From: Oopsacas minuta
Lineage: Eukaryota; Animalia; Porifera
Assembly (NCBI GenBank): GCA_024704765.1
Contig: JAKMXF010000122.1
Location: forward strand, 761,489-825,488
DNA length: 64,000 nucleotides
Reading direction: 5' to 3'
The position numbers and the translations under genes were made by a program. Shown piece after piece: positions 37,306 to 50,285 of this stretch. Below the pieces are notes generated by a model. That model did no database searches and had not been told where the DNA came from. It saw only the letters and a program-made list of their open reading frames with translations. How positions within the stretch are numbered: the stretch's first letter is position 1; each line of letters starts with the position of its first letter.

Positions 37306-38143
37306 TTTCCTTTGTTATTTTGTTTTAAATTAAGATATTCAACTATTACTATATGCCTGCCTGCGAGTGGAGAGAGTGAGAGAACGAAGAGCCAGACAAT
37401 ACAGTGGAACCTCCCGAAGCGGGGGACCGAATCTTTGGGGGCTCAACCTCTCCGCTTTGGGAGGTTTCACTGTAAATGAATTATTATCATTTTTATCTGT
37501 ATGTATTGATATATACTTATCTAGTAATGCATTGTGAATAATAGATTGTGCTTCTACTATTAAAGGATTATAATATGGAATTATAATTGCGTTGGCAGGT
37601 TGTAAATCATTAAAATATAACAAATGTTACATTAGAGCACTTTAGAATAGCGTTGAAAGGCATTGTAATAATTATTTGAAATTTTGAAAGTCCAGGGTAA
37701 TTGCCATCCATGGTCCAGAATTTGATTAGAGTGCCATTGCCTTAGCGTATAGAATGCTATGTTAGATCATTATTTACATCAACATACACGTACTTTAATT
37801 ATTTGTATATTCACTATTAAATTCATTTGTTTGTTTGTTTAATTCACACAATTTTAGGTGCCATTTATGGCGTCAATAAAGTTCTACCCTCATTTTCTAA
37901 TAAATATGAATATATTAACAGTTGTATAATGAAACAATTATGTAATTGTGTCGCAAATTGTGTCGATTATTAAGCTACATTATGAAACACATTACTTCAC
38001 ATAGAAAGTAATACTTACATTGAAGTATAACTTAATTATAATCCAAATTCTAAAGAAGAGATATTTCTATAAAAGAACTGATACAACATTTATAATACAT
38101 AAATATACACTGAAGACAAAGAATATTTGAAATAGCAACAAAC

Positions 38144-39960
38144 ATGAGCAGGAATATTGTTAGGATACTAAACATCCTCAATAAAATGGAAAGAATTACA
38201 GCGGCATATAACGTAAACATAGGTCTTAGAATTCTTAACAAGTATCACCTCTCTACAAAGATTGTGAATCTGTAATCTCCAGTAAAATACTTCCTGTCCC
38301 TCTCAAAGATTCATTCCAGGAGCGATTCGACCAGCATTTACATAAAATATCTTTACTAATTATCGATGACTACCTTCCTATTGAATACAAAGACAGCCTC
38401 TATTACATAGAGAGGACTCTAGCAGAACCTTCCCTATACTCCCTAAACGGTCTCATCCTGTTGAAGGAGACAGCTGAAGAAAAGATTCATAGAATTCAGA
38501 ATTGGTTAGTCCCTAAACTCCCAAAACCGATCGAGAGTGTGATAGTAAAGAGATTCGAATCTCTGAGACTGAGACTGAAGGCAGAGATCTTAAAGATGAG
38601 GACTTATCCTATTCCAGAACCTTGGTGTTCAATGTGTATGAAGAAGGGGATGACACACTTGATTGAGGGAGAATTCATTTTCTATGTAGATCCTGAAATA
38701 GAGGAAGACATGAAACCAGTAAATCTATCTAAGAGAGATCTGCTTCCCAGGGGTATCACATGTCAGGAGTATGACATGAGGCTAAACAGACTCAATATTG
38801 AATATGCGATGGCTAGAGATGAGTTGGAAATCAGAAATGCAGATAAGATAGAAGATAAATTCAAATTGATGGAGGATTGGTATGCAGGGGTTGAAGAGGA
38901 TGTGACTTTCACATTCAATGAACTATCTAACCTGTACAGAGACGCTAGGTCACTAAAATATCTCGTCAGGAAGAATAAGGAGGATAAGGATTTGAAGGAA
39001 ATATATGATTTAATACAAAGAAATATCCGTCACTATTACGACAACAGAATAAACATTCCTTCATTTGCTATCGACACTGATAACTATCCAATGTGGATAG
39101 CTCCACCCAAAGATGAGGGGAACATCCCTGTAGCATCTAGTGTTGATAAAGGTGGAGAAGAAGCTTGCCAATTAGATACACCTGCTGGTATAATTGTGGT
39201 TGATGGGTAGCGTAATAGTAGCGGATAGATATGGTGATTCTGTCTCACTCTACAGAGCTAGAGATCTTGCAGCTGCAGGTTCATATCATGATCCTCATTT
39301 AGATACTACTCCTTCTCATTGACATACTTCAAACAGTCCGTATTCTTGTGCTATACAAGTTTATTAGTACAATTCACCTCAGCATGGAGAAATATTAGAT
39401 TAATATCTAGCATGGATCGTGAACACGACATCTCAATACCACAGGCTTGTTGTGCCTCCTCTAGCAGTAAGCATTTGTATGTGGGGACTCTTAAGCCCAG
39501 TCTCATCCGTATGCATGTTGATCCTCTCCGTATAGAACAAGAATACGCACTCAATCCTATCCTGCATACCAAGATACCTAGCAGGTATCCATGGCTACGG
39601 GACATGAAGGCTGTTGATAATTGTGTTGTATGTCTCTTCACAGGATCTCCGTCTCCTCTACAAAGGTTCTCTCTAGAAGGAGTACTCATAGAGTATATAC
39701 TTACAAAGGATCAGATAGTAGGCGCATACAACTTCGACCTGTTCTTTAATCCTATCACAGATGAATTGAGAATATACATATGTGATTTCTGGGATAATTC
39801 CATCAAAGTGTTTGACCTGTTTGGTAAATTCATAGAAACAGTTTGTGAGACAGGACATGAACTGTGTCAAATATTCCGTCCCTCGTGCATATTTATAGAA
39901 GACACTGGCTATGTTACAGTTGGTGACATGAAGGAGGACAACTGCCTACAGATGCTCTAA
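38144..39960 (+). CDS. Single intronless helical/coiled-coil + NHL-propeller protein (about 605 aa) broken by three 1-nt indels
   Basis: Add one A near 38237, remove one G at 39205-39207 and add one T at 39318-39319. This gives 1818 nt in frame and restores DTPAGIIVVDGSVIVADRYGDSVSLY...IYICDFWDNSIKVFDLFG, joining track ORFs 38461..39210 and 39319..39960. Confidence 0.7.
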
Positions 39961-39975
39961 TCTCCTGTTCCATTG

Positions 39976-39977
<2 letters not shown>

Positions 39978-40043
<66 letters not shown>
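39978..40043. repeat. (ATT)n microsatellite, about 22 units
   Basis: Seen directly. Confidence 0.98.
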
Positions 40044-40044
<1 letters not shown>

Positions 40045-41629
40045 TGTTGTTTATTTCCCAATTATAGTGATTAGTGTGTTTATACATGTTCTGAGTTATT
40101 CAGGGTATTATTTGATACCATGGGATCAACCAATTGGATACCTTTCTTCCTCTAATTTCGCTCTGCTGTTCACACCTTTGGAAATTAAGTCACCAAATTT
40201 GGTATGTATGCTCGTAGTGACATCTAGTTGTACACCTGACATTTAGAGACTTCTAATGTGTATATTTTAACACCTTTTGACACCAATCAGATTGTAGGTT
40301 TTACAATTATGCATAAATGCATTTAAAATTAGTTTTGGTGGAATGTTTGTAATTTAATTAGTAATGATGTAGACTGTAATTCTATTGGTCAATACATTCT
40401 ATTAAATATTTATACACTGATTTATCATATGATTAATCATATTTTCACAGCTTTTGGTTAACAGTTTAAAATAATCCTAGAGATTAGCTTCCAATTGTTA
40501 AATAGTGGTAAACAGGGACGTTGAATTCGATTTTAACATTTTTAGAATGACTATGAATATTCGTAAATTCAATTTTATCTTTCTTTGCTAGGATCTTTAT
40601 TTTGTAGAATAATTACTAAATCTTATTCTGTACAGAGACTGTTTTGATATTTTTTTATGTATTTTCCCTTATTTCCTTACTTATCAACTTCAGCTGGGCC
40701 TACCAAGGATCTTAGTATAATTCGTATTACAATTTAATTCTGTACAGATGTTTGATAAGATGGTCCTGGGGACTATTTTGTCAAATACCATGGATATTTG
40801 ACATTTGGCAAAAATAGTCCCCTCTGGACCATTTTTGTCAAAACAGCGTCAAATTTGAGTATTTTCGAGAAGAAAGTACTTATTTCGTAAATATCACGTC
40901 ACCTGAAAAATGTTTTGTGACGTAGTCTTTGGGTTGTGCAACATATCAACAAAACAAACATTCATTTGGGGTAACGTGTACAATCATGATATCAGCAAAT
41001 CTAATAGAATTGCTAATATGTATATATTACTTCACTTCACAGTCCCTGGTCCCGATTTTAGATAGACTGCCATCATCAAGAGCGTAAGATTCCGGTTATA
41101 AGAACATACCGGATAGAAGAACATCATACTAGAAAACGGTAGTAGCAAGGTTGGCTAGTTTAACCCCCCCCCAGTTTAAACCTTGTTAAACCCCATTTAG
41201 TGGGTTTAACTGGATTAAATCCTATTTTATGGTCAAAACTGGTTATTTCACAGAACTAAACCTCATGTAATTGGGTAAACTACCTGATCTGTGTTTGAGA
41301 CTCTAATTTAGTAATACCAGACAATAATTTGATTAATCAAACTATAGAAGTATATTTCCCCTTTTTGGAAACTCAATTTTAATATTATTTAATACATATA
41401 TTTTATTTGGAATGAATGCTAAAATTCTTACTAATAACGTCTGGTTTTAAGTCAATTGTATGATTACAGATCTTTATTTGTGAAGACTTTGAATATTTAC
41501 TGTGTTTACAATTTAACCCGGTTTAAACCGAGTTTTCCCACTGGGCCGGGTTAAACTCCAACCCTGGGTAGTAGATATGAGAATACGTTTCTTTAATACA
41601 GGAAAAATGTGTTTAAATGATTTGTTTTG

Positions 41630-41645
41630 CGCCTCGAGGTATTCA

Positions 41646-41676
<31 letters not shown>

Positions 41677-43182
41677 ATTGAAATTTAATAATATATATAT
41701 GTTATGTTATGTTATGTTATGTTGATTTTGTAAAACTATTTTGTAAAATCAACATTCTCCTTATGAATAACTCTATAGAGGGATCTAGTGTCTTTGTAAT
41801 TTGTATTTGATGTCGGCTAGATCATTTTATAGGCCTTGTAGCATGTTGTTTACAATACCATATTCGGACTTAGCATACTGGATTACCTCAGTATAACCAT
41901 TGAAAGCATGTTTGTACAACAATTTTGAAATTTGTTTACTTAATATTCATAAAAACAACAGTAAATTTTCATTTAATTAATTCAAAGTATGTTAATCGGA
42001 TTCAGCATGTTCGATATATTTAGTGGAGTTTTATTGAATTCTATTTACTTTCTTGATAAACACGATAAATACATAATTATGCGACAATTTCAAAAATGCA
42101 TACCGTAAATCCTTTCCTTAACAACGGACAGAAAACAAATTGATAGACAATAATTAGGATTAATAATATAGATTTGTCGAAATGTGTACATGTACCTAGC
42201 TTCTTAGAATTTCCAAAATCAATAGAAATTAGGTCTTGATTGAGTTACTAATTGTCACTCGATTACCAGAATTTGTCTTGATTAACCAAAAATATTTAGT
42301 ATTAACCTGAATAGAGATGATCCGGTTCCTGGAGGTTTGTCCCAATTAAGTGGATTTCCCGAGTAACCGGTGTCCCAATTAAGCAGAGTTTACTATATAT
42401 ATATAGGGCCGGATTATCCAATAGACACAGTAAGCACTGTCCCTAGGCCCTACGAAATCTGAAAAATCTATATTATTAAATCTCTATGATTGTCTGTGTT
42501 CTTTGTTTGTCCGTTGTCAAGGAATGGATTTACGGTATGCAATTTTGAAATTGTCGCACCAACTATGTATTTATTGTGTTTATCAATGAAGTAAATTGAA
42601 TTCAATTAAACTTCACTAAATATATCGAACATGCTGAATCCGATTTTCACACTTTTGGATTAATCATATGTAGATTTATTGTTGTTTTCATGAATATAAA
42701 GTAAACAAAATGTCAAAATTGAGGTAGACTCATACTTTCAACTAGTATGCTGAATCCGAATATAGTATTGTAACAACATTAATATTATTAAATCTCAATT
42801 GTTGTTTGTCTGTTGAATACCTCGAGGCGCAATGCGCCGAGTTCATCGCGAAGCCACAAGCCAAAGGCTCGTAAAGTATGAAATGACATTCATTGTCATA
42901 CTAAAATAGTAAATGGTTAATCGATAAGCACCTAGGGATTTGAATCCGGGATCTGGTTGACTTCATGTTCAAACCCGATTATGACTTTAATACGGGGTGC
43001 AATCACGAATGAAATTTATGAGGATGATCTATGGATCTCGGGATTGAAAATCATAATCGTACACGTGTGATTATGATTTGCGAAAAATTATTACGGTAAC
43101 CGAAGTGCCTAGCGCCTACGAAGACCCCTGTATATGTATATACATACATACAGATTAATTGCGTTTGAGTAGTATAGATGAA
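41630..43182. mobile_element. Cluster of Helitron-like non-autonomous elements in both orientations
   Basis: Forward copy 42467-42745 (TCTATATTATTAAA...CTAGT), partial forward copy 42780-42870, and reverse copies at 41640-41700 ((GACA)n) and 41960-42170. A terminal motif ...AGTATAGAT lies at 43170-43179. Confidence 0.65.
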
Positions 43183-44854
43183 CTAATCATGTTGTACCAT
43201 CTCTCGATATCAAACATTATATTTCATCACACACATAAGATACCGTTGGATTTATTTATCAACACCCACTTTAGTCCGCTTAAGGTACCTCCTACTATCT
43301 GGCTTACTAAATACTAGATGAAAATATTTGTTCACCAATTGCAATTTATTTACATCGACATGTGTGATGTATTTTTTATCAGAGGATAGTGCATTAGCAT
43401 TACTTCTATAAAGTTTATCCATAGAGTGCTATGGTTTATCATTACAGTCGTTTAAATTTGGCAATTATTTGGTCATTTGCTAGTCAGTTATTAATCAGTT
43501 ATGCTATTTTAAGAATTTCATTTAAATCGTTAAACACTTTAAGCGTCGGATACTTGGTTATACTTGTTCTACGCAAGATTTATACTTTTCAAAAGTACTT
43601 ATGCCTGCACGTTTTGCTCTCGTCGAACTGCTATCTATTTCCTTCCCTAGCTACCGCGTGGGTATAATGGAAGCCCCCCTGGAAGCATGTAGTAACAGGA
43701 GTGTAGCCATCTACTTCAAAGTAACATGTCTCAGGTTTTAGAAAGTCCCTCAATGTCCATATATATCCACAGAAATGGCCTGGATATGGATATGGATTTT
43801 TCATCTTCACGCTGCTACTGCAAGCTGCATATAGGTATATCTAACATCCGGGTCTGGACGTCACACACTCTGCTCGTTCGTTGTCCTTCTTAATGATCTA
43901 CCCGCCCTTGTTATCGATAAGTCCATTAAGTGGTTCTGTATTATACTTGTACAATTAGTTATGTCATATGGTATGATAAGGTATTATAGGGATATATATT
44001 ATATGAATTATTGAATTCAGGGAAATCCCAAGTTAGTGAGGGTACTCACCAAATTCAGTAAATAGATTGTAATTGAGTGGTTTAAGAGATGTTAAGTTGT
44101 GCTCATATTTCGCTGCTGGAATTCCTTGCGAACTTCACACTTTTTAATTTTTTGCTTATACAATAATTGCGTACTTATTATAGCTGTACTAAAATATACA
44201 TTACCTTATATGGAATTGAGCAAGTGTGAAATGCGACGACCTGGTAAGATACACGTTATACCTAAATGTATGACAGAGGTGGCAAGCCCGATCCGAGTCC
44301 GAGACCCATCCAGGCCCTAGCTGATTTCGGGATCGGTAAAACTATCTGACCTAGGATACTGAGATTTATGTATTTATCATAATAATTGTACCGAAATGTC
44401 CGTATACTATTTGGTCCAGCCCGTCCTAAGACACTACGGACCGAATATTTCGTGACACATCAAATGATTCTAATGCCAAGGGTATCACAAGTAGGATAGA
44501 GAGATAGTGATTTTAAGAATTTTAATTATGGCCGTACTTTTTCGTTTTTTGCCAGCACAAGAACTTATTGCCTCTTCATTATAGGTATGTTACGCAGTCC
44601 AAAATTCCAAAACATATTTTCACTTTTAATATTTCTACGCAATTCAAGATTTGCAGTCGACAAATTATATCTTATCAATTTCAAAATACTTAGTTATGTA
44701 CAACATCATGCTAATAATATAATTTCTGTTGATAAATCATATATGCAGATGATATACTTCTAAGAATCGTATAATTCTATGAGTATAAGTAAATGTGCAT
44801 TTTTAACATCTACTATATATACATTGTTTCTACTGCTAATTATTCCAAATTCAA

Positions 44855-45919
44855 ATGAACATCACTGATGTTATTCAAACCAAATTTGAACAAGTTGTTG
44901 TGTACTGTATTACGATTCCTAGTATGATTGGTGTTATTATTGGGTCAATAAATGTAGTACACCTGATAAGATTATCAAGATATTGGTACAGGATGAGAAA
45001 TAAGACAGAACACACGAATGATGGTAATTACAAGACCGCAACTGTGAATTATGTTAAGTTTGGTTTATCGAGTCTTGTGCTTTTTTCTGAGATCTTAATA
45101 GTATCATTGATAGCTGTAGGTGATGGTTTACATCACATATCATGTGGTTTTTCACAAGAGTATGAAATACAATGCATGTTAACAGATTTTGTTGATCAAA
45201 TCGTGGACACATTTCTTTTGGTTTGGTTGATAATACCCCTCAGTGTTGTGAACATGTTAAGTCTCTTTATGATCGAAGTGATAGGCCATTCTAATGTTGA
45301 TACCGGTATACTCCGGCGTGAGAGTATGAGAACCTTCTGGCTGTGTGTTTGCTTATTTTCTCTTTCCGGAATTGAAATTGATGTCGTCAATAGTATCGGA
45401 GTGATTGTGACTAAATTAATCATTATCTATATATGCTGGATTGTCTACAAAAGTATGAAGAAACTGTTCATAGCTTTGAAATCTAAATGTCTCGATTATA
45501 CATATGAACTGGAAAATCTTGCGTACTTTCGTTCTCAAGTTAAACACTATAAATGGAGCTCTTTAATAGTCGGTTTGTCTGGTGGAGGATTTTTTGTTTC
45601 TAATGCAATATTAAAGATACATGAGAGTATCTTTGAGGTTTATATATTAATCAAATCTCAACAATCGTTTTTCTCTCTTGTGTTGCATAAAGAGCTAGTT
45701 TCAATGCAAATATATGAAACAGTACACACAGGTTTGGTAATTATTGAAAGAATATTCTTCGTAAACTGGGCACTCGTTTCTACCTTGTTAAATTGCTTCT
45801 TATTAATTATATTTATTCTGCAAGCTCTCTGGTATAGAAGATCTATGTCAAAACCATTCCATATCAAACTGGTAGATTCAGGAAACGGATACAGTGTATA
45901 TAAGAAAGTGAATTATTGA
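44855..45919 (+). CDS. Orphan seven-transmembrane (GPCR-like) protein, intronless, 354 aa
   Basis: About seven hydrophobic segments, an N-terminal N-I-T glycosylation sequon and a Cys pair (CGFSQEYEIQC) before the third helix. No DRY or NPxxY motif is visible. Confidence 0.75.
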   Translation: MNITDVIQTKFEQVVVYCITIPSMIGVIIGSINVVHLIRLSRYWYRMRNKTEHTNDGNYKTATVNYVKFGLSSLVLFSEILIVSLIAVGDGLHHISCGFSQEYEIQCMLTDFVDQIVDTFLLVWLIIPLSVVNMLSLFMIEVIGHSNVDTGILRRESMRTFWLCVCLFSLSGIEIDVVNSIGVIVTKLIIIYICWIVYKSMKKLFIALKSKCLDYTYELENLAYFRSQVKHYKWSSLIVGLSGGGFFVSNAILKIHESIFEVYILIKSQQSFFSLVLHKELVSMQIYETVHTGLVIIERIFFVNWALVSTLLNCFLLIIFILQALWYRRSMSKPFHIKLVDSGNGYSVYKKVNY

Positions 45920-46289
45920 TGTTTTATATTTCCAATAATCTATTCTTGCAATTAAATACATTCATACAGCTTGGTGCTTCCGATTTAGCTTAAGTATAAA
46001 ACAGCTATATTTCTTAGTGCTTGTGGTCGCTACGCGACGGAATATACTCGGCACTACGTGCCTAGATTTGAAAAAAGGCGGAAATTTAATTTGTTATTAT
46101 CCATGGTTCAACCAAATTACATTTAATGACAAAAACCGATTCTGACAAGTGCAAAACTAAATATTCTGACTTGTGCATGTCCCCCCTGTGGTAACACTGG
46201 AGCTGATACTTAGTTTGAGGTTATTTGTCTTGGCACTTCGTGCCTTGAGTACTAGGAAATTCTGAAAATTTAGATTTTTTGTAGTCTGA

Positions 46290-46600
46290 CGTAATAATTC
46301 CACGATATGATGAGTTGACAAAATGTCAACTCATCATGGAATTATTACGTATTTGGCATATTGAGGGGTACATTTGATTTACTTAAACTTCTATCTTGTA
46401 TATTGGCTGAGCAGTGGTTACAATATGTTTTTTATCCAAAAAGGTGACAATTACGTCAAAATTTCGTCACAGGTGTGAATTTTCTTCCAAGACTCGAATT
46501 TGTCCCAGTCAGGCCCAAAATACCCCTGCATGCCAAAAATCAGCCCTGGGGTCTTCCAGTTTCTTCAATCATTTCTGGACATATACACAAATACTGTGCC
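46290..46600. repeat. Dispersed repeat, same family as 14870-15150
   Basis: Shared GGGTACATTTGATT...GGCTGAGCAGTGGTTA...CAAAAATCAGCCC...TCTTCCAGTTTCTTCAATCA. Confidence 0.85.
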
Positions 46601-48987
46601 AACTACATAGATGCTCAGTATTGAAATGAGTGACTTTTTCCCCCTTCGCTCTACAGTCCACACCTTGTTTATGATTAAGAGCTGAAATTTGTCAAAGGGT
46701 TCATTGCGTTTCTATAGATGTCGACCTGATTGAAGCAAACTCGGGATAGTATGTTCTATTTTAGCGGAACATAGAGTATAGACGCCGAACCCGGGGACAG
46801 GGTAGCTTGAGACCCCCTGACTTGGTTTATAGCCCCACAATGCTAAAAATTCAAAATATGTGTGTGAGCTTCCCTGAATCGTTCAATTTAGAAAGTTTGA
46901 CGCGGTCAGGTTTGAACCTGACAACTTTTGCTTGCTATTTTCCAATATGTCACAATCTGTCGGGTTGTACAGTTCAACCTGGTCACTTGGTCAGGTTATA
47001 TTCAGTGGTGTCGGAAGGAAAAACATTATTACTGCGGCCCGCTGTTCATTATTATAGGTCAAAAAGTAAGGTTTACCCACCCATAAGGGAATTGTAAATA
47101 CTTAATAGAAATACATAGTTCTTCAGCTAAGGGGTCTACAATCATGTATTAGGCTGATCAACCGGAGCTTGAAGGCATTGGCGCCGTCAAAGTTGGAAAT
47201 TTAACTATTTCCTGGACAATTCTTAGAAGGAATTTTGAATATATTGTGGTACATCAATATTAGAATCCTTCCAATCGTCCCAAAGTAACCTACTTTGTGA
47301 TAACAGTGGGGTATTGGTCTATGAGTCCGGGTAGCCGTAGCACCCAAAATCATGATTTTGGATATGCCCATCAAGATATACGTCATCTTTGGTTATGGCC
47401 AGGCCATTTATCAATATTTAGCTTAAACTTTTTTGAAAATATAACTTTCAGTAGAAACAAGCCTAAAATATGCAAAGATTTCGGCCGCTTCCAGTGATAT
47501 TCAAATCAAATTTAGTTGCATTCCAAGAAAATAGTTGCAAAAATTAAATATTTTCATACGAAAATAGTATCCAGCGTTGATATTAAAGTTGTTGAGATTG
47601 ATTATTCAATAATGAATTTTAAGGCAAATAATGAAATACAGTATATCTCTATGTGATCACTAAATGAATCTTTCACAAGTCATAAACATTTAACAAGTGC
47701 AAGATAATAAAAGTTTCGGAAATTATTGCCTCTGCAATCGCGGCATTTGCGAGGCCCCTATACTATATAGCTATAATCACTATCAGCATGCAACTAACTA
47801 TCAAAGCGCTATTTATATGGTCGCAGTTAGATGTTAATAAAAGCATTACACGTAGATGTAATTCGCTAGAAATACGTAGAAATAAGTCTTCATAAGTAAA
47901 TACGTAGATAGTAGTCAAATATTCGTAGTCTACGTAAATTTACGGAGACTTGGCAGCACTTCCCTGCTTGCATAGTGTTTCCTAGCATGACGTAGCATAA
48001 TGATGTCAGTATTAGCATCACCTACCATAAATCGAAACAATTCACAATTATGGAATTCTATTAATTTTCGGTATTTCCAGTAGGCTATGGTAACAAATTG
48101 AACTTTCTATTACATCTCCTGGAAGAAATAGAGGAAATTTCGTAACAAAATTACAAGAATTTCAATGGCACAAATCACAAAAGAACAAAGCCTTCTCTAT
48201 TTCAGGGGATTCCTTATGAAATAATTGTGCTTGTGTCATTGAGATGGGAGAAACAAGCTAGTACACACATTTTAGATTAAATAGTTGGGCAAGAAACTAA
48301 ACTCAAATTCACTACTTAAATAACAATAATTTCAGCGCCTAGATTAGGTACCCGCTGAGTACAAGCTGAATTTAGGTCAAAGGTCCCTTCTATTCATTAT
48401 AATATTAAGATGGTAATATTAATATTATATCAATATCACCATCTTATGCCAGGTAAGTGAGGCCGTCACTGGAAAATCTGTCCCCTCGGGATAGAGGCCG
48501 ACTTGGAGTCTAAACAAAGCGTGAAAGTTGGAATATCTGGCTCGGACCTAAAGCAGGGGGGCAAAATTTTCGTGACAACCTCTGGTGTAGACTTTCTTCA
48601 AGCAGAACTTGACCATTCCGTAAATTTGGGTATCAAAATGTCCGTTCCGTTCAGTGAAATAGAGAAAGGTTTGTTCTTCTTTGATTGTGGAATTGAATTC
48701 TTGAAGTTTGTTATTCAAGTGGATATTCTTTGTGACATAATTGTGATTTTGCTACTGAGAGCAACAGACTAGTACGATAGTGAAAAGATAATTGTAGGCA
48801 TTTCATCTATAGAAGGTTTGAAATTTGAGGAGGCTTAGCCTCAGCAAGCCTCTATTACCCGCCGACAATGTTACTAAGGATAGGATACAATTTTGGAATT
48901 TGGCGGCCCGCTGAAAGTCTTAAATGGGTGGTATTAAAAAGTACTCATCGCATGTTCCATTTGTACTTAGAGGATACATGCGCCTCA

Positions 48988-49245
48988 AAATGCCCCAAAA
49001 CAACATCCAAGCAGGTGACCACTAATACAAGGGAAATATCCACTCCAACAAAAATAGGAGTGTCTCACAATACCCAAAAAAAACATCCCAGCAGGTAGCC
49101 ACTAATACAGGGGAAATCCTACTCCAATGACACAAGGAGTGTCTCACGATATACAAAAACCACAAGCAAGCATGTAACCAATAATAAAGGGAATACACAC
49201 CAACAAGCGAGGAGTGTCTAAAATGCCTAGAAAACATCCAAGTCA
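48988..49245. repeat. Degenerate minisatellite, unit about 76-80 bp, about 3.2 copies
   Basis: AACATCCAAGCAGGT..CACTAATACA.GGGAAAT..ACTCCAA..AGGAGTGTCT recurs at about 49002, 49082, 49158 and 49233. Confidence 0.8.
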
Positions 49246-49315
49246 TATATTTAATACCGTTATTTAATTGTTAAGATGGTGCATGCTCTCTGTGCAGATG
49301 GAGGATCATGGCCTA

Positions 49316-49800
49316 CTATATACACGGCTAGCTAAGCAATGAATTGCTAAAATAATTTCCAGGCTATTGAATATATTCTCTTTGATCATGAAGAATTGCA
49401 GTTATCATTACAAATTCAACTGTATATAGGATTCCATATATGGTGGAGACATCTAGATTACATTTGAACCTGCTTTCCAAGATATTTTAACCACAATGAC
49501 GCAATCAAACTTCATGCCCATAAATGGTAATTCTTTCATTTTTATCAATTTTTCAGAAACTCTCAAAACTTAAACTAATCCTTTTTATCCAAATACATTC
49601 TACTTGTTAAATGTTAGTTTATGTAACCAAAAGATGATCTTCATTTTCATAAACACTCGTTAAATAATCATTTTAGTGATATTCGCCGTAAAAACAGCAT
49701 TAAAAAGTCAATCCTAGAAAATCGAAGAAATTTCATCAAAAAATGTAAGCGAACACAAACTAAGTCATAAAGTTAACCATTTTTATAAGTTTATTTAATA
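49316..49800. mobile_element. Truncated copy of the CACGG-terminus element
   Basis: Matches 11969-12400 and has only the left TIR. Confidence 0.75.
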
Positions 49801-50285
49801 CAGTCACTATTAAGACAGGTACAAAATGAATAAACTGCTAAGGAAGGGGTATTTCAAATGAGCTCAAAATTTGCAGAATTATTAACTAACATAATCCAAA
49901 CAATAATATTATAGTTCCAGTATAGAAATGAGATCTTTACATTTTCAGTTCGCCCTCGTTCATATCATCTAAATCAGCTGTTGATATCTTAATATAGTAA
50001 TAGCATCATTGATTCTTTTAGCTTTTCTCCAAAACTAATATTGTTAGTTGTGTGTTATTGTGCATTGTTAACAACATTTCATATTACGACATACACGTAA
50101 TACTATCAATATGAAAACTGAATAAGACCCTGCTCTTTTTGTATTTTTCTTTCGAGCAAAGACGCAAATTTAGTACATCTTAACCGGAACCAACCGTCTC
50201 CGCACAAGCTATCGGTGTTTCCAATTGATTGAGTGACACAATATTGTAGCTCTTACCATCTTGTCTATACGTACTTGGTATTTAG

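Noticed and set aside
42920-42965. tRNA- or SINE-like B-box (GGGATTTGAATCCGGG)
   Set aside because: No cloverleaf or A-box could be built and it lies inside a repeat cluster.
43620-43840. Minus-strand 68-codon open frame containing YIWTLRDF (GBP-like echo)
   Set aside because: The match is too short, there are no other GTPase motifs, and no partner exons were found.
48503-48772. Open frames on both strands next to the 320-bp duplicate
   Set aside because: No ATG start and no family motif; probably the interior of a repeat or a gene remnant.
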